From a phage, in sequence record PZ049338.1: 64,000 nucleotides of DNA; one strand, 5' to 3'. Below, piece after piece: positions 47,418 to 57,118 of this stretch (positions within the stretch are counted from its first letter, which is position 1; each line of letters starts with the position of its first letter). Below the pieces are notes generated by a model that saw only the letters and a list, made by a program, of their open reading frames with translations, was not told the DNA's origin and did not search any database. The position numbers and the translations under genes were made by a program.

Positions 47418-49409
47418 TCATTTCTTGTTTGAAACTTTACCCGGAACCTTTCCAGTTTCCAGAACTTTTGAACAGCGTTCACAGCAAGGTGTACTGCCGA
47501 TAAACTCTGTAACCGCTGCTTTGTTGAAAGGAATCTTGTAGTTGCAGAAAGAGCAAGTGTTCATCTCTTCCCACTGAACCAGAGTCACTTTCATACCGTT
47601 TTGCAGAGACTTGCGATAAGTCAGGATTGGTCGGACATTACTGCCGCTATTCTTCCGCGCTTCCACAATCTCATTCTGGAGAGCTTTCAGTTCACTCTTC
47701 AGATGCTTGTTACTGTGGCACTGTAAGCAGAGGCTCTCAACCTCTGATTCAGCATCAACAGGTAACTCTTCTTGACAGTTGATACATTCAAAACGAAGCG
47801 AGTCGTCAGAGGACGTCTTTACACCATCAACTAACCCCGCATCTACACAACCACCACAATAGGCGTAATCATGATAGATTGTTGAGTCTGCCACGAAATC
47901 GAACGGTATTGGAGAGCCACAGTTTCCGCAGCAATTGTAAGACCCGTTTCCCTCCCATTCCTTTTTTGTGACTACAGTTCCGTCACGAGTTGTGTCCATT
48001 GTGTAACCATCATCTTCCTCTTCTTCGAGTTCAGAGAAGTCACCAATTGAAACACCGGGAGTGGTAAGAGTTAGAGCCGGCGGGGTACGATTGTTCTTGA
48101 CAGTGTTGAACTCTGTCAGAATATCATTGATATCTTCATCTAACGAACCTTCATCATCCAAATCCAATGTTGAAGGAATTAGGGTCTCACCTTGTGGTGA
48201 AACATCAGATACGATGATAGTCAGGATGTAGTTTGATTCGTAACAAGAGATAATCTTGCCTTCGAACATACCACCATCGGTGTACATTTCCAGAGGAACG
48301 CCATGACCCTGAACCTCAATGTAAGCGCCTTCACCTATCCAACCGGTAAGTTGACCTTTCTGAGGATTCTTAGGATACGGTTCGTACTGATACGCTTCGA
48401 ACACCATACGTTCATGCATCTTGTATGGAACCTGATGCACTTCCAGAAGTTCGTTAAGCTGCTTGTACTTGTTGCTCACTGAATCAGGGACACCAATGTG
48501 AGAAGGCTCAACGTTGCTTCGATTAACGCTGCTGCGAGAAGGATTGTTATAAACACGCGACGAGCCGTAGGTGTCATAACGGTCTGAAAAGTAGTCATCA
48601 TACGACTGGTAGGAATTGCCCCAGTAGCGCGATTGGTATACCGTTTGAAACACAGGCAGCTCGTGCTTGATTTCCTCCTTAAATACCAGACCATCAGTTG
48701 CATCAAATACATACTGAGTTCCGACTTCGAGTTCAAACTCTTTGTCGAAAGTTGGGTTCCACTTCTTACGGGACATAATCCACTTGAGCATGTCCTTCTC
48801 AGAAGCACCATACCAGTCACCACCAGTGGTCTTCATCATGTAGAATGGACGCTCGTCGTTACGCAGGAAGTTCAGCGTATTCAGCTTAGCGTCATGCCAC
48901 ACCAGAACGAATGCACCATGCAATTTCTTGATGGTTTCTTCGATACCGATAGTTGCGATTGAATGGCAAACGTTCTCACTGTCCACTTCAAACTGCTCAT
49001 GGTCAGGGAGTAGGCTTTGGTTTACTAATGAGCCGTTGTGAACCAGAGTGATATGTCCACATTGGAATGGGTGGGCGTTCTTGTCAACCACAGCTCCAGC
49101 AGTTGCATAGCGGTTGTGACCAACAATGAATCGAGGGTACGACACTGATGTTGTTTTAACACCGAGGTTGTTAACATTCTCAGAACGATGCTGAGCAATA
49201 TCTTTCCACAGAGTTGAACGAAGGAAAATGTCACTTGGTACAGCTTTCTTAGCCGTCTTCAAGAAGGCATCCTGCTGATACGGCTTGTAATAAGCCATCA
49301 CCCCAGTTGAATGGTCGCCTCGGAACACATCGGCATACAACATCTGCTCGAAACGCTCGAGGTTAGTTGAAGATAAGGCGGTTCCACCTACAAATACAAT
49401 TCCACACAT
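47418..49409 (-). CDS. Class-II (Ntn) glutamine amidotransferase-like protein with C-terminal triple zinc-ribbon region
   Basis: N-terminal MCGIV nucleophile; C-terminal CxxC pairs (CGNC...CGGC, CINC...CLQC, CSFC...CERC). Confidence 0.55.
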   Translation of the reverse strand: MCGIVFVGGTALSSTNLERFEQMLYADVFRGDHSTGVMAYYKPYQQDAFLKTAKKAVPSDIFLRSTLWKDIAQHRSENVNNLGVKTTSVSYPRFIVGHNRYATAGAVVDKNAHPFQCGHITLVHNGSLVNQSLLPDHEQFEVDSENVCHSIATIGIEETIKKLHGAFVLVWHDAKLNTLNFLRNDERPFYMMKTTGGDWYGASEKDMLKWIMSRKKWNPTFDKEFELEVGTQYVFDATDGLVFKEEIKHELPVFQTVYQSRYWGNSYQSYDDYFSDRYDTYGSSRVYNNPSRSSVNRSNVEPSHIGVPDSVSNKYKQLNELLEVHQVPYKMHERMVFEAYQYEPYPKNPQKGQLTGWIGEGAYIEVQGHGVPLEMYTDGGMFEGKIISCYESNYILTIIVSDVSPQGETLIPSTLDLDDEGSLDEDINDILTEFNTVKNNRTPPALTLTTPGVSIGDFSELEEEEDDGYTMDTTRDGTVVTKKEWEGNGSYNCCGNCGSPIPFDFVADSTIYHDYAYCGGCVDAGLVDGVKTSSDDSLRFECINCQEELPVDAESEVESLCLQCHSNKHLKSELKALQNEIVEARKNSGSNVRPILTYRKSLQNGMKVTLVQWEEMNTCSFCNYKIPFNKAAVTEFIGSTPCCERCSKVLETGKVPGKVSNKK

Positions 49410-49465
49410 GGATAATAATCCTCTAAGTTCATTTAAATGGGGCCGAAGCCCCTGTTTGTTAATAC

Positions 49466-51133
49466 TTAAGCGATATGGTCGTTATCTGGCTCATAATCAT
49501 CGTCTTCTTCAATATCGTCATCTTCAGATGATTCATACATATCGTAATCACCACCACGACGAGGTACAGGGACTTCATTACGAGCTTCACGGTTCTCTTC
49601 ATTACGCATGTCTACGAACTGACGGTAGAAGTTTCCGAACAGACGAGAACGTTGAGCCTGATTGGTTTCGTAGATGAACCAATCAATGTCAAAAGTGATG
49701 CCAAGCATATCGCACTTCCAACGCAACTCAGCTAACCAACGGAATGTCAGCATTGGAGGGCGGGTGTTCTCCAACAACCAAGTGCCATTACTGCGGGTTT
49801 CCAGATTGATTCGCAGGTGTTCCCAATAGCGAGGTTCCAGATAGAAATTTGTACGATGACTTGAATCATCCTCGGCAGATTTCACAGTGTGAACGTAAGC
49901 ACTGAGTTTGCGTAGGGTTGACATTGAAATCACTTCATATGCCAGTTTGTAGCCAATGTCCAAATCTTCTTCGAAGTTCTGAACAACCTTCGGCAGACCC
50001 TTACGAATTGCGCTGTGAATCGGCAATGTTGATAGGTACTCAATGAAGTCACTATCAGTACCTTCGAAGTTCACCGCCAGTTCCTTCAGTGATAAGAAGC
50101 GGTTAGTCAGGCGAATAATGCTGCCCTTACGCCACTTGGCCTCACTAATACGGAATTCAACTGAACCAAAACTACTCATCGGTAACAAGTTCAGTGAAGT
50201 GTACTTATCCCATTCACGGGTTACACGATTAGTGAAATCGTGGTTGTCCAGATGCCAGTTGTTAGCCAGAGTAGCTAACTGCTCCTGTGCAAAACCAAGA
50301 GCAACACAGAAGTTGTTCTTGTAACGATGCCAACCAGAGCAGCGGAACAGTACACGCTCATAAACAATATACGCAAGAATCATGCGCTTCAGTTGAGCGA
50401 CACTCAAATCACGTACATCAATGTGAACGTGGGTGGAGCAACGCCAAGATGTATCTGGCGTATGACGGAACAGGAAGGAGTCGATTTCCAGGGATGCTGC
50501 ATAGAGGTCACGACCACCCCAAGGGGATGAACATACAAACTCCATACCTGAGTTACGAAGTGAACCATCTAGCTTTGCTTCCCAATACTGGAAAGTTGGC
50601 TCATCACTGAGGTGAATCTCTTCGAGTTCAATCTCAATACCTGCCAGATGTGTTCCAACAATTAAAGGATGACCCTGAATAGTTGGGTAGGTTGCACGTT
50701 GCCCGTAAATCTGTGCAATATTCATGTTATTCGATACCTCTACGTTTCCGGAGATGAAGCCGTTGCGGCTTGGATTATTAACGCTTCCGTGTCTCTGGTT
50801 ACCAATCTCTTCCCGTAGATTGTCTCGTGTGTATGCGTGTTGACCTCTTTGAAGTCCAGTGAAGAGGCTAGGTCTCTGGCTTTCGCGCTCCATTCTCCGC
50901 TGTCTTGCTTGTTCATCAGCACGGTTATTCAACCACGTCATGAAGGCACTATCTTCTGACTGAGCTACCCCCTGATTCACTATTGGCACAGGTGGCTCTT
51001 CGAAAGCTTGAGATACAACACTTTCTGTTACATTCGGAGGTTGATAATTAGCCCATCTGTCCATGTGTACAGTGGCTTCAACGTCGAAGAAACCCCCAGT
51101 TAATCCTGGGGAGTTGTTACTGTTATTTGGCAC
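49466..51133 (-). CDS. Amidoligase-like protein (GCS2/glutamine-synthetase-like fold candidate) with acidic C-terminus
   Basis: THVHID H-x-H motif; operon context with ATP-grasp and amidotransferase. Confidence 0.35.
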   Translation of the reverse strand: MPNNSNNSPGLTGGFFDVEATVHMDRWANYQPPNVTESVVSQAFEEPPVPIVNQGVAQSEDSAFMTWLNNRADEQARQRRMERESQRPSLFTGLQRGQHAYTRDNLREEIGNQRHGSVNNPSRNGFISGNVEVSNNMNIAQIYGQRATYPTIQGHPLIVGTHLAGIEIELEEIHLSDEPTFQYWEAKLDGSLRNSGMEFVCSSPWGGRDLYAASLEIDSFLFRHTPDTSWRCSTHVHIDVRDLSVAQLKRMILAYIVYERVLFRCSGWHRYKNNFCVALGFAQEQLATLANNWHLDNHDFTNRVTREWDKYTSLNLLPMSSFGSVEFRISEAKWRKGSIIRLTNRFLSLKELAVNFEGTDSDFIEYLSTLPIHSAIRKGLPKVVQNFEEDLDIGYKLAYEVISMSTLRKLSAYVHTVKSAEDDSSHRTNFYLEPRYWEHLRINLETRSNGTWLLENTRPPMLTFRWLAELRWKCDMLGITFDIDWFIYETNQAQRSRLFGNFYRQFVDMRNEENREARNEVPVPRRGGDYDMYESSEDDDIEEDDDYEPDNDHIA

Positions 51134-51717
51134 TGTGGTAATTCCTTGGCTAAAAAGCGAACCAAGTGACGTGCTTCAGCAGCCACTTCGATAGCATCGT
51201 CAGAGAGGAACTTACCGATGCTCACATCCTTGTAGCGTAAGTCTGAATTGACACGCAGGAATACCCCTCCAATAACTTCAGGATACTCATTTTTGTTGAA
51301 GAACGCTTTGATGTTCTCCCAACTAAAGCGGAAGTTGTTACAGATACGGCTGTGGGTTAACCCCTTCTTAGTTGAGCGATTTGCACGATAACTGACCCAT
51401 ACGAAGTTGTTTCCAATCTTCACGAATGCAGGCTCAGGTAATTCTAGAACCAGATTCGGGTCAGTATGAGAGATGGATACGTTACGGTAATTACCATCGT
51501 CACCCATCGTCGTTCCGTGGAATACCAGAGCATCTTCAGCTTCCTGAGAATACGCTGCACGGTCACGCTGTGCTCGCGTCATTTCACTGAAATCCAGAAC
51601 AGTATTGTCATGGGTCACTGCGTCAATCTGGAAGGGCTGGACTTTACCAGCCTCATCCTTCAGACCAACGTAAGTCCCAGAGTAATACATTGAGAAATCG
51701 TCGGTAAGCATTAGCAA
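51100..51717 (-). CDS. Hypothetical protein (205 aa), translationally coupled in amidoligase operon
   Basis: Overlaps both neighbours by short coupling overlaps. Confidence 0.4.
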   Translation of the reverse strand: MLMLTDDFSMYYSGTYVGLKDEAGKVQPFQIDAVTHDNTVLDFSEMTRAQRDRAAYSQEAEDALVFHGTTMGDDGNYRNVSISHTDPNLVLELPEPAFVKIGNNFVWVSYRANRSTKKGLTHSRICNNFRFSWENIKAFFNKNEYPEVIGGVFLRVNSDLRYKDVSIGKFLSDDAIEVAAEARHLVRFLAKELPQCQITVTTPQD

Positions 51718-52514
51718 ATCTCCATCACACGTACATATTCTTTAGCCAGAGCTTTGTCATTGTTGTTAATGACACGCTGTACTTCTTCCGGGTTGATGAT
51801 TGATGCGATGCCACGGAAATCACCACGCATCATAGCGAATGCTTTCTGAGCTTGTTCCCAAGCCCATTTGCGATTCTCTTTGTTCATAATCCAGAAGTTG
51901 GACATTACACGATATTCGATACCGTATGGCTTGAAGCGGCAAGCACCAGCTTTACCATACAGTTCTTTTCGACGGTCATCACCGTCCAGCAGGAGGGCGG
52001 GCAGTCCCAGGAAGTAGTCACACATCACGCCGAGAACTTTCTGACTTTCGGACGTCACAGTAGTAACTGTATCGTAGCCAACGTGGATGTGACCACCTGC
52101 TGTACGAAGACCGGGGTCAGCAGCTTGAGGTTTAGGATTACGCATACCAGTCAGTGCGTTGTAATCAGGCTCACAGCCGAATACGAATGCATCTTTGTGG
52201 AAGCGTTCCAGTTCAGCAGCGGTGTAGATATGAGAACTGACATTCATTGCCAGTTCATGACCTACATAACCAACTGCTTCTTCACAGTATTTGATACCAT
52301 CAACAATGTTCTTGTCGAAGGATTCAAAATCACTATGCGGGTTGGTGTCGAACTCAACCAGCACGTTATCTTCCTGAATACGAACGTCTTCCGTGACTGC
52401 TTTCTTGTTGTACTTGTCCGCTCCAAGCAGACCTGAAACAGAACTGATAGCCCCTGTGCTCGAATCACGAGTGAACAACTCAGGGTCGGTAGCCAACAAA
52501 ATAACATTAGACAT
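51711..52514 (-). CDS. Amidoligase-like protein (second copy, 267 aa)
   Basis: GGHIHVGY H-x-H motif. Confidence 0.4.
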   Translation of the reverse strand: MSNVILLATDPELFTRDSSTGAISSVSGLLGADKYNKKAVTEDVRIQEDNVLVEFDTNPHSDFESFDKNIVDGIKYCEEAVGYVGHELAMNVSSHIYTAAELERFHKDAFVFGCEPDYNALTGMRNPKPQAADPGLRTAGGHIHVGYDTVTTVTSESQKVLGVMCDYFLGLPALLLDGDDRRKELYGKAGACRFKPYGIEYRVMSNFWIMNKENRKWAWEQAQKAFAMMRGDFRGIASIINPEEVQRVINNNDKALAKEYVRVMEIC

Positions 52515-52534
52515 TTCGTTTTCCTTAAAGAGGG

Positions 52535-53671
52535 TTAATATTTAGGGTTGTAACCGTTTGCTTCTGCGAAAGCAGCCAAAGCAGCAATTGCAGCTTCAGC
52601 ATCTCTCTTGTTCATGTCACTATGAACCGGACTGTATGGGTGGTCTTGCGAACCAGATGTTGGGCCTGCAATGTAGAAACCAACAACACTGTTCCATTCT
52701 TGCACGCCTGGGATTACTTCATCACCAGCGATACTGAAAGCATCAACCATCTTACGGTAGCGAATTGCGTTAGAATGGTCAGTATCAATATCACCAAATG
52801 TATCACGCTCACGCGCTACATCACGGGAATTGGTTCTCCAGTTCCAGTAAATACCCTTGTAGCGGTCATCAAACACCACTTCAAGACTTTTAAAGTGCGA
52901 GTCACGATAGTAACCACGCTGATTCTTCCACGTATCCTGCACGTAGTCGAACTTGTCAACACGCTGATGGAGGAGGTTAATCAGGCCTTGAGAACCAATG
53001 GTGTCCGGAGAGAACCAGTTATACTCACCAGTACGAATTGGTTGATAATACTTATCGACCTTGCCCGAGAATGCACTCTTGTTAACAGTGATGTTAAAGA
53101 AGTGCGCGATGATGGCAGAAAAACGTCGCGTGTATCCACAATGCAACGCCTCTTTATAAGCGGTGACGAATCCACCATAGTTACAGAGGTTGCGGAACAA
53201 TGACATTGCCAACATAACTTCGTCAGCTTTGCGCTTGCCAATGTGGAAACGAATTACGCCAAGCTTTGGATGAACCTTCACCCAAGACTTATACATTGGC
53301 AACTCTTCCAGCAATAACTTCATTTCACTGAAATAGTTTGGGCCACAAGTTTTAAGCATGTACTTGACGCGTGATTGTTGATTTTCGATTTGGTAGAATT
53401 CCTCAGGATATTCACCATCGCCATGAGTATCCATTGGGGCAGACCACATGTGACTAATGCCATACTCAACTTCAAAATCGATGTGCTTCTGTTGGTGACC
53501 ATCACGCTCACGGATATTACTGGCTTCTACCGGAGTGAAATGTTGTGTCGGGCTGTCAGGGTTAATTAGGCGCTGCTCATGCCAACGATTAACACCCATT
53601 TTACCGAAACAAATACCTTGGGCACGGAAGGATTTTCCGTCCTTAAACATTACGCGATATTGAACTGACAT
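52535..53671 (-). CDS. Hypothetical protein (378 aa), paralog of the downstream-coordinate neighbour
   Basis: N-terminus CFGKMGVNRWHEQ aligns with CFGFMAYINQWNEH of 53672-54628. Confidence 0.45.
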   Translation of the reverse strand: MSVQYRVMFKDGKSFRAQGICFGKMGVNRWHEQRLINPDSPTQHFTPVEASNIRERDGHQQKHIDFEVEYGISHMWSAPMDTHGDGEYPEEFYQIENQQSRVKYMLKTCGPNYFSEMKLLLEELPMYKSWVKVHPKLGVIRFHIGKRKADEVMLAMSLFRNLCNYGGFVTAYKEALHCGYTRRFSAIIAHFFNITVNKSAFSGKVDKYYQPIRTGEYNWFSPDTIGSQGLINLLHQRVDKFDYVQDTWKNQRGYYRDSHFKSLEVVFDDRYKGIYWNWRTNSRDVARERDTFGDIDTDHSNAIRYRKMVDAFSIAGDEVIPGVQEWNSVVGFYIAGPTSGSQDHPYSPVHSDMNKRDAEAAIAALAAFAEANGYNPKY

Positions 53672-54628
53672 TTAGTTACCTTTTACATGTTCGTTAATGA
53701 GAGCAATGCAATTGAGGAGTTCTTCTTCATCAAGCTGATGGTAGCTTGAGGAATTATTACGAATCAGGCTCTCCAGTGTCTGACTGGTTGGTGAATCTGA
53801 TGGAGCACCTTGTACATCCATGAGAATATCCTTTAGGTCTGCTTCATGACCTATACGCTCGAAGATAGGTGCTGGTTCACCTTCCCCATCGTAGGTGGTC
53901 TCCATCGTACCATCACGGCCATAGCCGCTTGCAGTGGAACCCCACTCACCTTGCCATGCGTGTCCCAGACGACCTTCCATAATCATAATAATGTCATGGA
54001 TTTCAGTATCATCTTGGAACAGTTCAGAGTCATCACTGCATTGATACCAGTAACGAACCTCACCTTTCCAATTCGCATTGCCATTAAACATCATGGAGTA
54101 GATGAAGGCTTCTTTAGGTGAGTAACCTTTGTTACGAAGGAGTTCGTACAGTCGGTTACATGCTGTGTATTCAATCAAGTTACGGAGCATCATTGCACCG
54201 ACGATTGTTACCTGCATTTGCTGACCGCATAGAGGCCATGTAATACGAACGTTGGCATTACCCCAATTGCCACTATATTCAGATACCTTATCAAGGTTCT
54301 CTACAGTCACATTGCTGTAGAATTGTGGGAATGCTTCCATGATTGCAACTAAATCAGCTTCAATCATCCCCTTAACCGCGTCAGAATTACAACGAGGCAC
54401 TGGTAACCAAATTAAGAAGTGAATGTTATCTGATTCGAAGTCGGGGTTTGCGCAGTAAACACTTTCTGCATCCTCCCAATCAAAATCTTCATCATCTTCA
54501 TTTACAACATGCCCTAATCCATTAACGTAATGCTCGTTCCATTGATTGATGTAGGCCATGAAGCCAAAGCATGGGCGAGAGTGACGGAGTTCCTTCCCTT
54601 GTCCGTTAACAGTGATAGCTTGTACCAT
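53672..54628 (-). CDS. Hypothetical protein (318 aa), paralog of 52535-53671
   Basis: Shared N-terminal and mid-protein LRNL...Y motifs. Confidence 0.45.
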   Translation of the reverse strand: MVQAITVNGQGKELRHSRPCFGFMAYINQWNEHYVNGLGHVVNEDDEDFDWEDAESVYCANPDFESDNIHFLIWLPVPRCNSDAVKGMIEADLVAIMEAFPQFYSNVTVENLDKVSEYSGNWGNANVRITWPLCGQQMQVTIVGAMMLRNLIEYTACNRLYELLRNKGYSPKEAFIYSMMFNGNANWKGEVRYWYQCSDDSELFQDDTEIHDIIMIMEGRLGHAWQGEWGSTASGYGRDGTMETTYDGEGEPAPIFERIGHEADLKDILMDVQGAPSDSPTSQTLESLIRNNSSSYHQLDEEELLNCIALINEHVKGN

Positions 54629-54690
54629 TTGTTTGTTACCTTAGAGAGTTAAAGCTTAGAGCCCTCAATTAAGAGGGCGACCTTGAATTA

Positions 54691-55062
54691 TTATTCAGTT
54701 ACTTGCAGCTTGGAAGATTCCCAAAGCTGGTCTACCAGATGAACGCGCTTAACTGCGTCGTCAATGAATTGGTTGAGTTGAATACGCTGGAACTTCTCAG
54801 CCTGACGAGAAAGCAGGAGCTCTTGGTACTGAGCTTTCAGGAAGTTGCGAGTTACCACCAGAGTTTTCTGACGATGCCCAGCTTTGCCCAGACGGATTTC
54901 AGCATTAATAACACTGAGTTGGTCGCTGATTGATTTGCGTAGGACTTTCGCCGCAGACACTTCCAGATTAAAACGCTTAAGGTCTTTACGAGCGTTAGTC
55001 AGTGCTGAGCCTTCAGATTTCAGGATTGCTTCGATAGTTGCGATATTACCAATCTTATTCAT
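54691..55062 (-). CDS. Hypothetical coiled-coil protein (123 aa)
   Basis: ORF. Confidence 0.35.
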   Translation of the reverse strand: MNKIGNIATIEAILKSEGSALTNARKDLKRFNLEVSAAKVLRKSISDQLSVINAEIRLGKAGHRQKTLVVTRNFLKAQYQELLLSRQAEKFQRIQLNQFIDDAVKRVHLVDQLWESSKLQVTE

Positions 55063-55507
55063 TGCTTTTACCCTTAGGTTTGTGGAGTTTTAGGAAATAA
55101 TGGTTACGATATTTAAACGCTTTCTTACCTTTAGCCCAATAAGGTCTATCAGTACCACTGTAGAAGTGGGTGTAGCGATACTTGGGTTTATAACCGGGCT
55201 TCATCACCTTGCTGGCTAAGAACATTGCCTGTGCATAAGCTGCCTTCTCTTGACTCGTTTGTGGGTGAGTCTTGAAGACCTTCTTTTGCATAGTCAGCAA
55301 ACCGTTGAAGTCTTTGTGTTTAAGGCGTTTTGTCCAATCGAACTGACTCTTTTGCAGAACAACTTTACAAGCAGTATCTGGGTAACGTTCATCAGTGACA
55401 CGAGTCGCTATAACATCAGCAACTAATTCCATGCCCTTGTCACCCTCGCCTCCGGCCTCCGTATATATTGTTAATGTAAGTGCTAATAAGCACGCTGCAA
55501 AGCTCAT
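55055..55507 (-). CDS. SleB-like cell-wall hydrolase with N-terminal signal/SAR-like segment
   Basis: Hydrophobic N-terminus then EAGGEG...VADVIATRV...YPDT motif resembling SleB/Hydrolase_2 family. Confidence 0.5.
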   Translation of the reverse strand: MSFAACLLALTLTIYTEAGGEGDKGMELVADVIATRVTDERYPDTACKVVLQKSQFDWTKRLKHKDFNGLLTMQKKVFKTHPQTSQEKAAYAQAMFLASKVMKPGYKPKYRYTHFYSGTDRPYWAKGKKAFKYRNHYFLKLHKPKGKSNE

Positions 55508-55568
55508 TGGGGATTGCTCTCCTAGTGAGGTTAGTTAATGGCTCTCGTAAGAACCCTTAGTAACTTCG

Positions 55569-55832
55569 CTACGAAGCAGTTATTTCAACTGATTTAAATA
55601 CCTTCTCAACAGGTAGGTTGTGGGCCATATTTCGGGCTTCACCTGTTTCGAGATTAACAACTTTCATGTACTCTTTACCACGGCAAACACCACCGAGTAG
55701 CATATATACACGGTGCAATGGGCACCCTTCGAGGGCAAATACAGAGCCCATATGTAACTCACCAACAGTGATAGTTGTTGGATTAAGGTTAGTGGTAATT
55801 TTAACCTTTGTCATTTTCGACAATCTCCACAC
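55569..55832 (-). CDS. Small protein, member of 6-copy paralog family
   Basis: Shares G-x-x-F...VNLETG core motif. Confidence 0.4.
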   Translation of the reverse strand: MWRLSKMTKVKITTNLNPTTITVGELHMGSVFALEGCPLHRVYMLLGGVCRGKEYMKVVNLETGEARNMAHNLPVEKVFKSVEITAS

Positions 55833-56280
55833 GAGGACAGTATTTATCTTTATTGCTGCGATACATCACAACAATCCAGTTTGAATCACGACGCTCTTTC
55901 TTACGTCGTTTCTTTTCAGCACGAGTTTCATATGTGCCAGTTCGGTAGTCACGGTATATTCCACGAAGGTAGTAGAATAACCAACCAACACCAAATGATA
56001 CACCAGCCAAAGCAGCAAAAGATAAGGCACCAAGAGCAGGGGCAGCGAACCATGTCCACCAATTGAATGACAAAATATTCTCATGTCCAAGGAGAGAGCC
56101 ACCAACCATTGACAGTGCAGCGTACAATACTGCAATGAGACCTGATAGCATCACAAAATGAAATACTGTCCGCCAGAAGTATTCGCAGAAGTTGCTCATG
56201 TTATCCCAATGATAACTGGAAAGGCTTGACATTTTTTTGTTAAACTTGTGCAGCCAACCGTTCTTATTAACCTTAATCAT
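55801..56280 (-). CDS. Membrane protein with 2-3 TM helices (holin candidate)
   Basis: Hydrophobic segments FHFVMLSGLIAVLYAALSMVGG and WTWFAAPALGALSFAALAGVSFGVGWLFYY; basic C-terminus. Confidence 0.4.
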   Translation of the reverse strand: MIKVNKNGWLHKFNKKMSSLSSYHWDNMSNFCEYFWRTVFHFVMLSGLIAVLYAALSMVGGSLLGHENILSFNWWTWFAAPALGALSFAALAGVSFGVGWLFYYLRGIYRDYRTGTYETRAEKKRRKKERRDSNWIVVMYRSNKDKYCPRVEIVENDKG

Positions 56281-56546
56281 TACGCATCCCCGATATGTTT
56301 ACATTCAACTTTAACACGGACAACCTGAGTATCAGCCAGTGGTGCGCTGACATTACCAGTCTCGATGTTAGTCAGGTGTACGCGGTGGTATCCCGGAAGA
56401 GCATTAATACTAACATTTGAGGAGTTGGCTACATCACCAACTAGGTAAAGAGTGTCGCCATTAACAAAACGAACAACTTCACCGGGTTTTGCTTGACAAA
56501 GACCAATAACTTTTGGCATTGGTACTTTTGATTTTGTCACTTTCAT
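56280..56546 (-). CDS. Small protein, member of 6-copy paralog family
   Basis: VRFVNGDTLYLVGD...INALPG motif. Confidence 0.4.
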   Translation of the reverse strand: MKVTKSKVPMPKVIGLCQAKPGEVVRFVNGDTLYLVGDVANSSNVSINALPGYHRVHLTNIETGNVSAPLADTQVVRVKVECKHIGDA

Positions 56547-56848
56547 TTATGTAACCTCAGGAATACATGTAACACAGTGGATGCACGGTTAGTAACTGAA
56601 TTAACCGAACGGTTTAGCTTCTTTGCAATCCAATCGCGAGGACGAATACCAGCCCACTTGCGAATGAAGTCATCATCCTTGTCAGTGTAAGGTTGACGCT
56701 GTTTTGCACGGGAGATTTTGAATCGTGAGCAGGCACCAATGATAACCGTCACAGTAGTACCCATCTTTTCAGCCACTTCTTCAACTGAATACTTCTTAAT
56801 CAAACGTTCTAAACGCTTGATGTTCTTATTTGTCCAAGTAAATTGCAT
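56543..56848 (-). CDS. HTH DNA-binding protein (101 aa)
   Basis: YSVEEVAEKMGTTVTVI helix-turn-helix-like segment. Confidence 0.35.
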   Translation of the reverse strand: MQFTWTNKNIKRLERLIKKYSVEEVAEKMGTTVTVIIGACSRFKISRAKQRQPYTDKDDDFIRKWAGIRPRDWIAKKLNRSVNSVTNRASTVLHVFLRLHK

Positions 56849-57118
56849 ATGAACCTCCTAAGTATTTAATAAAGGGCTCCGTAGAACCCTTGATAATTAC
56901 TCAGCATCAACAGTGAGTGAAATGCCGAATGCGATTAGGGCAAGAACTACAGCCGCTATTGCATACCAATCCATAATCACTCCTTATTCCATTTAACATT
57001 AAATGAGATAAGGCACGCCGCTGCCAGTGCAGTTTCAACAACAGCGATCACATGATTACCAACAGTCACATCGTATATCGCAAATCCCAACCAGAATGCT
57101 GTAAGGTACAGATATAGT

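Noticed and set aside
51852-53203. + strand ORFs of 194 and 193 aa (51852-52436, 52622-53203)
   Set aside because: Antisense to amidoligase-operon genes; no RBS; shadow ORFs.
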